The notes: a model not told the origin generated them from the sequence alone. Numbered from the stretch's first letter, positions 42,768-54,118 are shown. The stretch is 64,000 bases of DNA from Candidatus Heimdallarchaeota archaeon (GCA_021399345.1 JAAFKI010000112.1:32001-96000), one strand, 5' to 3'. Numbers and translations: made by a program.

Positions 42768-43647
42768 GTATTAGAGGTTTTTTCTAAATCCCTATTTTCT
42801 AAATATTTTATGTCAGCTTCTATAGCTTCTCTTGAATATCTTATCTTTCCAGCTTTGTATAGTTTGTCGAGATCTTTGTTGTTTCTAATAATCTCGCTTA
42901 CAAGATTAAAATCTGTTTTAATATTTCTGAAATCCCTCCACCCTAGCGTTTCTTTGAATATCGGTTTATTCCTAATATTGAATACAAATGCGAGAATAAT
43001 ATACATTAACACTATACCCATGTTGAATTCAATTAAAGTATTAATTGCCATCAGCTGAAAACCCCATGATTCTTGTTCAAGACGAATTCCAGAAACAGTT
43101 AAAGTAAATTCAAGACAGAATTCCACCAAAGTACCAACTATAAATAGATACAAGATATCCTGAAGACGGATCTTTTTGAAATAACAAAGTATGAACGCAA
43201 TTATAAGATTACCAAGTGTCATTAAGCCAAATGTTAGTCTTTGTCTTGCTTCATTCATATTCCTTGCTACTTCTATAACTCTGTCATCCCACGGAATTAA
43301 TTGAGAACCAACACTCACAAATGTCCATCCAACATAGAACATAAGAGTCCACAACCAGATGTCCCTTCATTTTCTTTTTCAAGCATCAAAGCTACATAAG
43401 AGAATTGAGCAAATCCAGGAGATAGACAGAACCATAGGAAGAATAAAGTTGAGTTAATGGGGCCATCGTAGGTTCTACTTCCCATTACTATATACCAGAT
43501 ATAGAAATCAGTTAATAGATAAACTAACCAACCTAGTATTCCCCAAACAATAGGTTTAGGGATAGTTGTCATATGTTTTTCAGTTTCTTTGCTTTTTGAA
43601 ACAACTAGAGATGATTTATATGGGGGAGAAGTTGGATGTTTTGGCAT
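42764..43647 (-). pseudogene. Frameshifted membrane-protein gene split into two ORFs
   Basis: ...SYVALMLEK frame switches to RDIWLWTLMFYVGW at an A-rich tract near 43365-43380, with an in-frame TGA. Could be an assembly error. Confidence 0.6.
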
Positions 43648-43691
43648 CTAATTCACAAGATATTGGTAACAATAAAATAAAAAAGAAGAAG

Positions 43692-45443
43692 TTAGATAGT
43701 AGGTTTGAAAATTCTACTTTCCCAATAGAGGAATCCTGTGTTTGGATCTCTAACAATTGTTTCGCCTTCAAAAGCTCCACTTTGAATAATCAATTCAGTC
43801 TGACTTAGGGGGAGGAGAACGAAGTTAGTCATATTAAATCGAAGAACCCCATCTTCACAATACAATATCATAGTAAAGGGCACTTCTTCCGTATTATAGA
43901 TTGAAAAATGTCGATACCACACCTCATAATCGTCTAGATAAGAAGACCAATGATTCATCAACTCTGCATCAGGTGAATATTTAAGACATATAGGATTATG
44001 AACACCTTCTAATGAGAGTATAAAAAAGTCCTCAAAAAACCTTAGTTTGATATTTCCTATATTGATTAACCAATGATCTGCATAAAAGGTTGTATCGTTT
44101 ATTGGTTTAAGCACAACATTGTAACCCATATAATTCATTTTGAGTTTATTTCGTACCAAATAGATTTCTGCCACATCACCTTCAACTGCATATATTCCAG
44201 TATAGTTTTTCAGAATTTCAATATCAACTTCTTGTTTATCATAACACTCTTTCTGTTTTTTCAACCCTGTTCTTGTTTCGTGCATAATCTCAAGTATTTC
44301 CAATGCTAAAGCTTTTGAATCATCCTCAAATTCTGCTGAATTTGAGACAAGTATCACGGCTAGCTGTTGTTCGGGAGCAAAAGCAATTATTGATTTGGTT
44401 CCTTGATTGGTTCCTGCATGGAATGCTGCAAGTTCATGGTTGGGCAAATAAGATCGATCCAAGAAGAACCCCATACCTACTTTTTGTGGATCTGAAGGAT
44501 TGGAATAATAAGATTCATACATCATTGAAAGTGTAGTTTCATTGATAATCTGAATACCATCTACTTCCCCATTGTTAAGGACGAATTTTGCGAATTTATT
44601 CAAATCACCCAATGTAGAGTGCAACCCTCCGGAAGCCATGCCGATAAGATCATATTGATTATAAGGTACATTATTTCTACCTTCTTTGAAATAACCCATA
44701 GCAATTTTTTGAGGTGTTGGAATTAAGGATGATACAAAACCACTTGATTCCATCCCTATAGGGTGCAATAGAGAATCTCTCATACGAAAAGCAAACCATT
44801 CTCCTGTAACAACTTCAATAATTCTAGCAAGGATATTGAAGGCGATGTTTGAGTACTTGAACTGCTGTTCAGCAGGATATGCCATATAAGATTCTTCTAA
44901 TGAAACAATCATATCTCTGAAGATATATGTATTATTATCCCATGCCCATTGAGGTAAATTATGAGTTCTGGGCAATCCAGAACGATGGGCCAATATATTA
45001 CGAATTGTTATATTAGCTGAACTGTTAAAACGACTCTTTATTTTGAAATCTGGAAGATAAGTTGTAATTGAAACATCCAAATCAACTAGACCTTCTTCAT
45101 ATAATTTCATAATCTCAATGGCAGTAAACAATTTAGATATTGAACCTACTTTGAAAACGGTGCTCAAATCTGCTTGCATATCTGTTTCAATATTAGCCAT
45201 ACCAGTTACTTTCTGATAGATTGTTTCATTATCAACGATAAGACTGACTGCAGTACATGGTAGTTTCTCTTTTCTCATAAGCCTATCTAGTTCATACTTG
45301 GTAAAATTGATAGCATAAGAGTAATCATCAATAGGTATGGTTCTAGGCCTTATGGGAGGATGTGGAATAACTGCCAAAGTGACTGTAGTAATAACTAAAA
45401 TAACGGCAATAGCAATAAATTTCTTACTTTTGAAAAAACTCAA
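43692..45443 (-). CDS. Secreted or anchored serine hydrolase (beta-lactamase/PBP fold)
   Basis: GSISK (SxxK), YSN, HAG, LAHRSG; N-terminal TM. Confidence 0.9.
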   Translation of the reverse strand: MSFFKSKKFIAIAVILVITTVTLAVIPHPPIRPRTIPIDDYSYAINFTKYELDRLMRKEKLPCTAVSLIVDNETIYQKVTGMANIETDMQADLSTVFKVGSISKLFTAIEIMKLYEEGLVDLDVSITTYLPDFKIKSRFNSSANITIRNILAHRSGLPRTHNLPQWAWDNNTYIFRDMIVSLEESYMAYPAEQQFKYSNIAFNILARIIEVVTGEWFAFRMRDSLLHPIGMESSGFVSSLIPTPQKIAMGYFKEGRNNVPYNQYDLIGMASGGLHSTLGDLNKFAKFVLNNGEVDGIQIINETTLSMMYESYYSNPSDPQKVGMGFFLDRSYLPNHELAAFHAGTNQGTKSIIAFAPEQQLAVILVSNSAEFEDDSKALALEILEIMHETRTGLKKQKECYDKQEVDIEILKNYTGIYAVEGDVAEIYLVRNKLKMNYMGYNVVLKPINDTTFYADHWLINIGNIKLRFFEDFFILSLEGVHNPICLKYSPDAELMNHWSSYLDDYEVWYRHFSIYNTEEVPFTMILYCEDGVLRFNMTNFVLLPLSQTELIIQSGAFEGETIVRDPNTGFLYWESRIFKPTI

Positions 45444-45625
45444 TTTTGTGTGACCTTCTAACTTTCGTTACCAGTTGGAGACTATAGACCCTTATATAGC
45501 CATGTAAATAGAACTTGTCGGAGAATTATTGTAATTTAAAGAATTAATACAAAATGATAAAGAAGGTATTTTGAAAGACTATCATAAAGGTTAAGAAGAA
45601 AAAAAAGACCCTAATTCTGTAGAAA

Positions 45626-47329
45626 ATGATTAACATAAAAAAACATAAACTAACAATAAAAGTTTGCTTAACTGTTCTTCTTATTGCACTTTTATTAATT
45701 CCACTTTTGAGTGATGGAAATATTGGAAGTATAGTTGAAGATGAACAGATATCTGAAATAAAGCTATTTACAACAGTTGGAATCGTAATTAATGATACTA
45801 ACATAGCATCCTATAGCTCCTCAGGAACAGGTGCAACTGGTGACCCTTATATCATTGACAATCTAATGATCAATACAACAGATTCATTAGCAGTTGATTT
45901 TAAAGGTGTATCATCAACAACCTACTATGTTCTTCGTGACTCTCATCTGATAGGTTCAACTTATGGGGCTTACTTTCATGATTCTATGACAGGAAAAGCT
46001 TCTGTTATCAACTGTACAGTTGAGGGTGCATTGTCAATCGGAGGACCTAACGCTTTGTATCTAACTATTCACAACAATACGCTTAAAGCAAGACAGAGCT
46101 CTAACTTTAGAGAAGGTGTGAAATTTACAAACAACGTAGTTTATTTAACAAGTGATTACTCTAGCTCCATCTTTCGAATAACAGATGAAAACAATATTGT
46201 AGAGAATAATATTTTTTATGGAAATTCTTCAGCGATTAGAATAAATCGTGTTACAAATACCACTTTTAGAGATAACATCCTTCACAGTTCAGGATTCTAT
46301 TTCTCTGATGATGAAATTGAATATATTTTGAATAATACATTTGAAAACAATATTATCAATGGTAAACCTTTTGGATTTTTATATAATCAAAATGATGAAA
46401 TTGTAACTGACGACCAATATGGACAAATATATCTAGTTAACTCAACCAACGTACTAATAGAAGACCATTCTTTTGTTGATGTATATTCCGGAATTCAAAT
46501 CTATAATTGTACTGATATTTCTGTAAGAAATGTGGAAGTGAAAGCTAACACAGGAATTTATGCAGAAAATGTTGAAGAAATATTGATAGAAGATTCTAGC
46601 TTTGAAGGGTACCGTGATGCAATGCAATTTGAAGGTGTAAATAATAGTATTATTCAAAACAACTACATAACTGATTTTGAATATGGTTTGGAATTTGAAT
46701 ATATGAATAATGTCCAGATAAATAATAATACTATAGTAAATATGCTTGAATATGGACTTACCTTAGACGAGGTAAGTAATGTAGATATAAACTTCAATAT
46801 CATAACTTGCTTAATGCAAGACGAAGGGAGTGAAATACCCATAGTAATATGGTCATCAGAAAATATAACCGTATTTTATAATGTCTTTATTAGCACAGGA
46901 AATCAAACAGCTCATATGGCAGAAGAGTGGTCAACGACAAATATAATGTGGTATGATGCAACTTCAGAAATTGGAAACTTTTGGTCAAACTGGAATGAAA
47001 CAGGAACTTATGCAATAGAGGGTGATGGAGGAAGCATTGACCTATATCCATTCTTAGACATAGATGGAGACAATCTTACTGAAATTGAGGAAGTATTAAT
47101 TTACTTTACAGATCCTTTCACTGCCGACAGTGATGGGGATGGGTTCTCAGATTATGAGGAAATACAAACTGGTACTGACCCATTGGACAGTAAGGATTAC
47201 CCTGGAAGAGGTAGAGTCTTAGGAATTGTCTTAGGCTTAGTATTTGGACTAGGTATAGCTGCAGGTGTAGCTGTCTTCTTCCTGTCAAAGAAAGGTATAA
47301 TTAAACTACCCAACTTAAGAGGAAAATAG
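45626..47329 (+). CDS. Beta-helix (NosD-like) surface protein with Ca-binding DxDGD repeats and C-terminal TM
   Basis: Signal peptide, GTGATGDPYII, GNFWS, DSDGDGFSDYEE...GTDPLD. Confidence 0.88.
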   Translation: MINIKKHKLTIKVCLTVLLIALLLIPLLSDGNIGSIVEDEQISEIKLFTTVGIVINDTNIASYSSSGTGATGDPYIIDNLMINTTDSLAVDFKGVSSTTYYVLRDSHLIGSTYGAYFHDSMTGKASVINCTVEGALSIGGPNALYLTIHNNTLKARQSSNFREGVKFTNNVVYLTSDYSSSIFRITDENNIVENNIFYGNSSAIRINRVTNTTFRDNILHSSGFYFSDDEIEYILNNTFENNIINGKPFGFLYNQNDEIVTDDQYGQIYLVNSTNVLIEDHSFVDVYSGIQIYNCTDISVRNVEVKANTGIYAENVEEILIEDSSFEGYRDAMQFEGVNNSIIQNNYITDFEYGLEFEYMNNVQINNNTIVNMLEYGLTLDEVSNVDINFNIITCLMQDEGSEIPIVIWSSENITVFYNVFISTGNQTAHMAEEWSTTNIMWYDATSEIGNFWSNWNETGTYAIEGDGGSIDLYPFLDIDGDNLTEIEEVLIYFTDPFTADSDGDGFSDYEEIQTGTDPLDSKDYPGRGRVLGIVLGLVFGLGIAAGVAVFFLSKKGIIKLPNLRGK

Positions 47330-47448
47330 TATTTTACCTCTCTCTTCTCTTTTTCATCTATTTTTGAATAGAATGTCCATTCTAAAATTTTGTATTTTAA
47401 GCATCTTTTTAACATCAAGAGCAAAATTTCTTGTAGGAGATAATTAAA

Positions 47449-48375
47449 ATGAGTGAAAAATGGACACCCAAGAATGTACCTAATCTTTCTGAAAAGGTTT
47501 TCATCGTTACAGGTGCAAACAGTGGTATAGGTTTTGAAGCTGCTAAAGAATTTGCACGCAAGGGTGCGAAGACCATTCTGGCTAGTCGCAACTTAGAAAA
47601 GGCAAAGAAAGCTTTATCTAAAATTCAAAAAGAAATCCCTGATTCTTCTGTTGAAATTATGCAACTTGATTTAGCAAATTTGGAGTCTGTGAATAAATTT
47701 GCTTCTGAATTCAAGGAAAAATATTATCGTTTAGATGTGCTTGTGAATAATGCTGGAATAATGATGGTACCTTATCAAAAAACAGTAGAAGGATTCGAGA
47801 GTCAAATAGGTACAAACCATTTTGGCCACTTTGCTTTAACTGGACTATTATATGATTTACTTATGAAAACAGAAGACTCACGAGTAGTGAACGTAAGTAG
47901 TAATGGTCACAGATTTGGAGAGATGGATTTTAATGATTTCATGTTTGAGGATAGCAAGGAATATTCAAGAGTGAAAGCTTATGGAAATTCGAAGCTAGCT
48001 AATCTTTTGTTTACTTATGAATTGAATAGGAGATTCAAAGAAGCAAATGTTAATGCAATTTCTGTTGCAGCACATCCTGGTATGTCAAATACAAATTTAG
48101 CTGACCATATGATGGGGTGGCTTGCACCAATATTGAAGGGATTATTTGGTTTCTTTATGCAAAGTGCAGCTAAAGGAGCACTTCCCACCATTCGTGCATC
48201 TGTTGATCCAGAAGTTAAAGGCAGCGATTACTACGGTCCTAGAGGACGTAATGAACATAGAGGTTTTCCTATCAAAGTAGAATCTAACGAAGCTTCTCAT
48301 AATGAAGAAGATGCGAAGAAATTATGGGAGCTGTCTGAAAAACTAACTGGTATTAAATTTGGATTTGAGCAATAA
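47449..48375 (+). CDS. Short-chain dehydrogenase/reductase (retinol DH/WWOX-like)
   Basis: TGANSGIG, NNAG, YGNSK, AHPG. Confidence 0.93.
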   Translation: MSEKWTPKNVPNLSEKVFIVTGANSGIGFEAAKEFARKGAKTILASRNLEKAKKALSKIQKEIPDSSVEIMQLDLANLESVNKFASEFKEKYYRLDVLVNNAGIMMVPYQKTVEGFESQIGTNHFGHFALTGLLYDLLMKTEDSRVVNVSSNGHRFGEMDFNDFMFEDSKEYSRVKAYGNSKLANLLFTYELNRRFKEANVNAISVAAHPGMSNTNLADHMMGWLAPILKGLFGFFMQSAAKGALPTIRASVDPEVKGSDYYGPRGRNEHRGFPIKVESNEASHNEEDAKKLWELSEKLTGIKFGFEQ

Positions 48376-48416
48376 AGTAGAATAAGAAAAAAAGAAGCAA
48401 AGAAGAATGGAAAAAA

Positions 48417-49229
48417 TCATTTCTTCTTTTTAATAGTTACAAGACCCATAATTAGAAGAGCAAACAATCCATATAGCCACTCATAAGGAACAGCAATTTC
48501 ATCTATACCAGTTTCTAAAACAACTCTAGTCTCTATAGTGGAACTTTTTTCTATCAATTCAAGGTAAACTCCAACACCCCATTCGACATTATAGGTAAGT
48601 TTAGAATAGTAAGTATAGCTTAGTTTTGCAGCTCCACCACTAAAAATTACTACAGGTGGGGCTTTATATTCTTCTTCAATAGTAAACGTTTTGTCAGTTT
48701 TCTTAACCTTTAAAGAACCATCCTCGTCATAATCAAGTTCCGAATAGTAATCATAGAGATAGTCAAAATAGTTCACTTCTCCACTAGCAAATGTAATTGT
48801 TGTAGGTACTATATATCCCGCATAGAGTCTTTCATCCCTTTTCCATACTCTCCAATCAACATTTGATATATTATCTGTGATAAAGACATCATTGAGATAA
48901 AAATCACTCCAGGATTCACTTCCAGTATACAGAATAGCTGGATGTGTTAAACCCATCTCATCTGGATCTTTAGTAACATTAAGATTAAACACATCACCAA
49001 CAGTTAAATTATGACCAGGATAAATTTCCCAATTTTCAGCAGCTGGATCAGTAGTTTCGAAAGTTGTAAGCTCCCAACTAATTTCTGTACCAGGTACTAT
49101 TTTATCAGAATAACCTAATCCGATAATTTCACTCCATTCAGGAGGTTGAGCTGTAAGTGTAAAGGATGAGAAGGTAAGTAAGAAAAGAGCTAAAATAGCA
49201 AGTACATTTTTTTTCATATTTTTCACCAT
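48417..49229 (-). CDS. Secreted/surface protein with C-terminal sorting-signal-like tail
   Basis: Signal peptide MKKNVLAILALF...; C-terminal VPYEW, TM helix, KKKK. Confidence 0.8.
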   Translation of the reverse strand: MVKNMKKNVLAILALFLLTFSSFTLTAQPPEWSEIIGLGYSDKIVPGTEISWELTTFETTDPAAENWEIYPGHNLTVGDVFNLNVTKDPDEMGLTHPAILYTGSESWSDFYLNDVFITDNISNVDWRVWKRDERLYAGYIVPTTITFASGEVNYFDYLYDYYSELDYDEDGSLKVKKTDKTFTIEEEYKAPPVVIFSGGAAKLSYTYYSKLTYNVEWGVGVYLELIEKSSTIETRVVLETGIDEIAVPYEWLYGLFALLIMGLVTIKKKK

Positions 49230-49503
49230 TTTGTTTTTTTTTGAGATTATTATCAAGCTAGAAGCTTTGTCGTTTAAACTAATATAGTTTTCCTAGATAT
49301 TTATTAAAGAGCTAAATTAAACTGTTCTAAAGATAGAGCTTTAGTTTTTTTATTCTTTAAAAATCATCTAAAATACTTCTCAAAGAAAGATTCTGGACCG
49401 TCAATCCAACACCAACGAAAGATAATCCAATGAATAAATGAAGACATACCCACGCTTAAACAAGAGAAACAGGCGTAAAGATATGTTATTTAAGCGCATA
49501 AAA

Positions 49504-49788
49504 CTAGTCTTTCTCCGATCTTGTTTCTAAATCTTTAATTTCTTTACCCTTAAGAATATTATAGGTGCTTCTACGAGTACTTGAGGTTTCTTGTCCTGTT
49601 TTCTTCAGAAAATTGAATAAAGCTATAACACCTAGAATAACGAAGAAAAGGATTACTCCGAATAATATATAGAATACAATCATTCCAGTAACAATTCCTA
49701 ACACCAATAATGTTATTAAAACTAAAATGAATACAGTTATTCCACCATTTATTGAACGACGACTTCTCATACTACACTTAGATAACAA
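49504..49788 (-). CDS. Small two-TM protein
   Basis: Hydrophobic hairpin; probable start at ATG near 49770. Confidence 0.6.
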   Translation of the reverse strand: MLSKCSMRSRRSINGGITVFILVLITLLVLGIVTGMIVFYILFGVILFFVILGVIALFNFLKKTGQETSSTRRSTYNILKGKEIKDLETRSEKD

Positions 49789-49891
49789 TTAACCATTATA
49801 AGTTTATTTTATCTAATACCCTCCTTTCCTTTGCTAGAAAAGCAATGCAAAAATAGTATGGTACCACTAATCCACAAATAAATGACTGTGA

Positions 49892-49918
49892 GAGTATAAG
49901 TTTCTAAATCTTATACTC
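49892..49918 (-). terminator. Hairpin immediately after the kstD stop
   Basis: GAGTATAAG-N9-CTTATACTC. Confidence 0.5.
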
Positions 49919-49919
49919 G

Positions 49920-51584
49920 TCACTTCATTTCCGATATGTGCTTTGCTGCAACATACCCAAAAGTCATTGTAGGCCCTACAGTTGCACCAGGACCGGGATA
50001 ACTGTTTCCCATAACAGATGATGAACTATTACCAACAGCATATAATCCCTCAATTATTGATCCATCTTTTCGCAAAACTTGAGCATGTTCGTTAGTAACA
50101 AGACCTCCTTTGGTTCCTAAATCTCCAGGAACAAATTCTACTGCATAAAATGGCGATTGCTCTATAGGATATAGATTTGGATTGGGTTTAACTTTTGGAT
50201 CTCCATAATAATGGTCATATGCGCTGTCGCCCCTACCAAAATCTTGATCCTTTCCTTCTCTAGCAAAGTCGTTAAAGCGTTTAACGGTCTCACTTAAATT
50301 TTGTGTATTAACATTGATTTTCTTAGCTAACTCTTCCAATGTTTCAGCAGTTTTAATATATCCACTCTCAAAATATTTTTCAGGAAACTTCATCCCTGGG
50401 AAAACTAATCCAAACATATATTTCGATTTGAAACGTTGATCAAAAATGAAATAACATGGGACATGAGCTATTTCTTCTGAATGTTTTTCATACATATCAT
50501 GTACAACTACAACATAACTTGCAGATTCATTAGTAAAACGCTTACCTGCTTTGTTAACCATAATTCCTCCAGGGTAACCTCTTTCACCAACATGGAAGAA
50601 AGGTGGTTCTTCATGTGGAGCAGATGAGGGACCCCACCAAGCATCATCCATAAGATCGACAGCAGCACCATGTTTCATTCCTGATAAAATCGCGTCTCCA
50701 GTATTTCCAAAATGTGCTGATGTCCATTCAGTTGTTATAGGTTGGGGGTGATATTTTTCTCTCATTTCTAGGTTATGTGGAAAACCTCCAGCTGCAAAAA
50801 TTACACCATGTTCAGCTTTTATTCTTATTTCAGAACCTTCTTTCTTAGCAATTACACCAACTACTTTGTCTTTTTCCAATATTAAATCTTCAAAGGGTGA
50901 GTTAAGCCAGAGAGGAATGTTATCATCTTGCATAGACTTTCTCAACCTACCAATTAGAGCATTCCCTAAAGTAAGGTGTCTATAGCGAATCAATAAACCA
51001 AAGATAGCTCGCATCCCTGCTTTAAGAGCTGTCCATTTTCCAGCCCAAGTTGACATAATCATTCCTAAATTATGATACTCTGAGATAGAAAAACTAATTC
51101 CAAGAGGAACATCATATGGTAATGCATTAATATGTTTCAAATCTTTCTTGAGTTTTCTTCCGTTGAACGGTTTACCTTCTAGAGCTCGACCTTTAGCTAT
51201 TCCACCAGGTCTTTCTGGATGATAATCCGAGTAGTTTGGAACAAAAAGAAATTTGACTTTGGTATTTTCCCTCAACCAATCTATCATTTTAGGAGCATTA
51301 TCTAGATAAGCATCTTTGAATTCTGAAGGAACACGATCACCTACAGTATTATCCATGTAAATTCTAGCTTTTTCTATTGAATCTTCAACACCATATTTCT
51401 TCAGAAGATAATTATTTGGTATCCAAACTCCTCCTCCAGAAAGAGCAGTAGAACCACCATAATATTGTGACTTTTCTAAAACTATAACATCTAAACCAGC
51501 TTTCTTCGTCACAAGAGCTGCTGTCATTCCCCCTCCACCTGAACCGACAATTAAAACATCAGTTGTATAATCCCACTTTGTCAT
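49920..51584 (-). CDS. kstD: 3-ketosteroid delta-1-dehydrogenase-family flavoprotein
   Basis: GSGGGG, GGSTALSGGGVWIPNN, YSDY, RFTNESASY, DLGTKGG, YPGPGATVG. Confidence 0.85.
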   Translation of the reverse strand: MTKWDYTTDVLIVGSGGGGMTAALVTKKAGLDVIVLEKSQYYGGSTALSGGGVWIPNNYLLKKYGVEDSIEKARIYMDNTVGDRVPSEFKDAYLDNAPKMIDWLRENTKVKFLFVPNYSDYHPERPGGIAKGRALEGKPFNGRKLKKDLKHINALPYDVPLGISFSISEYHNLGMIMSTWAGKWTALKAGMRAIFGLLIRYRHLTLGNALIGRLRKSMQDDNIPLWLNSPFEDLILEKDKVVGVIAKKEGSEIRIKAEHGVIFAAGGFPHNLEMREKYHPQPITTEWTSAHFGNTGDAILSGMKHGAAVDLMDDAWWGPSSAPHEEPPFFHVGERGYPGGIMVNKAGKRFTNESASYVVVVHDMYEKHSEEIAHVPCYFIFDQRFKSKYMFGLVFPGMKFPEKYFESGYIKTAETLEELAKKINVNTQNLSETVKRFNDFAREGKDQDFGRGDSAYDHYYGDPKVKPNPNLYPIEQSPFYAVEFVPGDLGTKGGLVTNEHAQVLRKDGSIIEGLYAVGNSSSSVMGNSYPGPGATVGPTMTFGYVAAKHISEMK

Positions 51585-51762
51585 AAAAAATTAACAATTC
51601 TAACCTTATTAAGTGTTTATGGAAATCAATTAATTATCAATATCAATTCTTTTTGTTTCTTTTAAGATGTAAAGAGAGTCAATTGTTACCCACTCATTCA
51701 TCCTTAGATCATCAAATCGAAGAAATATAAAAAAACTATGGAGATGATTGGCTTTTTTTGTG

Positions 51763-52587
51763 TTACTTCGACTTCTCGTGTTTGAGATGTTTAACCATCA
51801 ATCTGCTTGCTGATAACATCCATGCAGTTAAGCTAATCATTAATAACCATTCCCAAATTGGTGCCCATTGCCATGTCGGTAAAAAGGTCCAGAATTCATC
51901 TGTATACCATAAATAAGGCACCGTATAGAAAAATGCAAAGCATACCGGCGTAATAATCCATGAGTTAATGATATAGAATATTCTTACCCTTCGAATTTTC
52001 GATTTGTCTAACCCTAACTTGTCCCTAAGGATATCGGGAAAAATTATAAATTGCGAGGCGACCAAAATTCCACTGCCCATGAAAAGATAAAATGCAATAT
52101 CAGCAGTCAGATCATGCCACGGGTAGCCGATCGGAAAGAGCAGATCCCATACTTCGCCAACATCCTCTGAAATTACTCCTGTAAAAAATAAGCCCAGCAT
52201 GCCGATCAGCATACTGATGGAAGTCAAGTACGCCAATATTTTTCTGATTAATTTCGAACCATCCCCTTGAAGGAGAATTATCAAATAGAGAGCGGGTGAT
52301 ATCATGAGCAAGGCAGTGGTCATCATGGCCCAATTCATGATGATCGGCATCGGGGTAAGATCTTGATTTCCAAGATCACTGATGTAGTTTATGAGGGGAT
52401 TAAATCCCGCAAGGTCAGTTGTAGGTCCAATGGGATCTAATTGGGCAATCAGAAGTGCAACGATGGTGCCCCCAATCCACGTGATAACAATTCCAATCCA
52501 ACTCAGTTTCACAACCTTAGGGGAGGTTAGAAATCGATAACACATTTGTGATTTTTCTTTAATCTTCATCAGATGGTTTTCCATCAA
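51763..52587 (-). CDS. DUF998-like multi-pass membrane protein
   Basis: NYISDLG, H in the TM region, APIWEW; visibly more GC-rich than its neighbours. Confidence 0.75.
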   Translation of the reverse strand: MMENHLMKIKEKSQMCYRFLTSPKVVKLSWIGIVITWIGGTIVALLIAQLDPIGPTTDLAGFNPLINYISDLGNQDLTPMPIIMNWAMMTTALLMISPALYLIILLQGDGSKLIRKILAYLTSISMLIGMLGLFFTGVISEDVGEVWDLLFPIGYPWHDLTADIAFYLFMGSGILVASQFIIFPDILRDKLGLDKSKIRRVRIFYIINSWIITPVCFAFFYTVPYLWYTDEFWTFLPTWQWAPIWEWLLMISLTAWMLSASRLMVKHLKHEKSK

Positions 52588-52824
52588 AGTACTATAAAAG
52601 GATTTAATGAGGGGAGCAATGAATAAAAATCGAAAAAAACAAATATCTTGCTTCTTTGCCTTGCTTATTGAATTATTTATTATTTTTCATTTTGCTGCAA
52701 AGACATTCATCTTCCAGTAAGGTCGTTCATACAAGAAGGCACCTTATTAGATGATGGTTACTAGTGTAATTAAGTATCCAAAACTATATTATTTCATTCA
52801 CATTTGATTCATTAGATAGAAATC

Positions 52825-53604
52825 TTGGTGATTAGAACGAAAGTTACTGTATTTGTTGGTAGTGCAAGAAAGAAGCATACTTATAATAATTCTGAAAGAT
52901 TTTTGCAAAATTTACAATCATTTGGGGATTTAGAATATGAGATAGTTCAGCTAAATGATTATGACTTAGAAATATGTATTGGTTGCAAATTATGCTTAGA
53001 CAAGGGTGAAGAATTATGTCCATTGAAAGATGATAGAGATATACTGATCGAAAAAATGATGGAATCAGACGGAGTAATTTTCGCAACGCCTAATTACTCT
53101 TTTCAAGTATCTGGAATGATGAAAGTGTTCCTCGATCGACTTGGTTTTATTTTTCATCGTCCAAGATTTTTCGGGAAAACATTCACCAGTATAGTTGCAC
53201 AGGGAGTATATAGAGGTAAAAAAATTGTAAAGTATTTCAATTTCATTGGAAGTGGATTAGGCTTTAATGTTGTCAAAGGTAGTTGTATAACAACACTTGA
53301 ACCAATGACAGAAAAAGGTCAGAAAAAAATTGACAAGATAATTGACAAACATAGTAAAAGATTCTATTCAAAATTAGTAAAACAAGAATACCCAACTCCT
53401 GGCATGTTTAAGCTAATGATTTTTAGAATGGCACGGTCAAGCATAAAACAAATGCTTAATGAGAATTTTCGAGATTATACTTATTATATGGAAAATGGAT
53501 GGTTTGATTCTGATTACTATTATCCTGTAAGATTAAATCCACTAAAAAAAATGGTTGGTAAATTCTTCGATATGGTGTTTAACAAGATTTATTCTAGACC
53601 CTGA
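52825..53604 (+). CDS. Iron-sulfur flavoprotein / NADPH-dependent FMN reductase family
   Basis: GSARK, CIGCKLC...CPLKDD, TPNY, FLDR. Confidence 0.88.
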   Translation: MVIRTKVTVFVGSARKKHTYNNSERFLQNLQSFGDLEYEIVQLNDYDLEICIGCKLCLDKGEELCPLKDDRDILIEKMMESDGVIFATPNYSFQVSGMMKVFLDRLGFIFHRPRFFGKTFTSIVAQGVYRGKKIVKYFNFIGSGLGFNVVKGSCITTLEPMTEKGQKKIDKIIDKHSKRFYSKLVKQEYPTPGMFKLMIFRMARSSIKQMLNENFRDYTYYMENGWFDSDYYYPVRLNPLKKMVGKFFDMVFNKIYSRP

Positions 53605-53635
53605 AAATTATTAACAGCTACATAACCTTTTGAAT

Positions 53636-54118
53636 CTAGGATAAGAAGGATAAGAAAGCTAAGGTGAAGCTACTTGCCTCTTCTTTCCAATTGTTCTGTA
53701 ACATTACCTTATTCCAATTTTCTCCAGTTCCATCACCAGTACGGATTGGGAGAGTTTTTTCGAGTATTTCAATTTTGGGAAGAGCAGTGGAAATCTGGTT
53801 CTGGATAGTTATGGAAACATCATCACCAGTGTAGCAATTAAAGACAGCTGCTTTTTGCATAGTTGATGCTTGTCTAAGTTTCCCTAATTTCTCTATATAT
53901 TTTCTAAGAGTGCGAGCAGGTTGACCAAAATGTGTTGGACCACCTACCAATATTGCTACTGGTTGGAACGCAAGTAAATTTGCTGGTTTAGTCTTTTTAG
54001 TTCTGAATAGTTGAACCTCATGACCACCATCTTTTGCTTTTTCTCCTAAGAATTCTGCTAATTGTTCCGTGTTACCGTACCTACTATCATATAAAATTGC
54101 GATTTTCATTTCATTCAC
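53636..54118 (-). CDS. Flavodoxin-domain protein
   Basis: YDSRYGNTEQLA, GGPTHFG. Confidence 0.85.
   Translation of the reverse strand: MNEMKIAILYDSRYGNTEQLAEFLGEKAKDGGHEVQLFRTKKTKPANLLAFQPVAILVGGPTHFGQPARTLRKYIEKLGKLRQASTMQKAAVFNCYTGDDVSITIQNQISTALPKIEILEKTLPIRTGDGTGENWNKVMLQNNWKEEASSFTLAFLSFLS

Noticed and set aside
43360-43385. Programmed frameshift or selenocysteine readthrough at the split membrane gene
   Set aside because: Needs both a frame change and TGA bypass, and I see no SECIS-like element or downstream structure; decay or assembly error is simpler.
49365-49490. Short minus-strand frame ...MSSFIHWIIFRWCWIDGPESFFEKYFR
   Set aside because: May be a gene relic, but no recognisable family.
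51660-51725. Minus-strand TTGATGA...ATGA as a C/D sRNA
   Set aside because: No terminal CTGA or convincing C'; reads equally well as a coding relic.
52708-52755. Intergenic hairpin (TAAGGT/ACCTTA, CATCT/AGATG)
   Set aside because: Short, interrupted stems with no diagnostic motif; within chance expectation.
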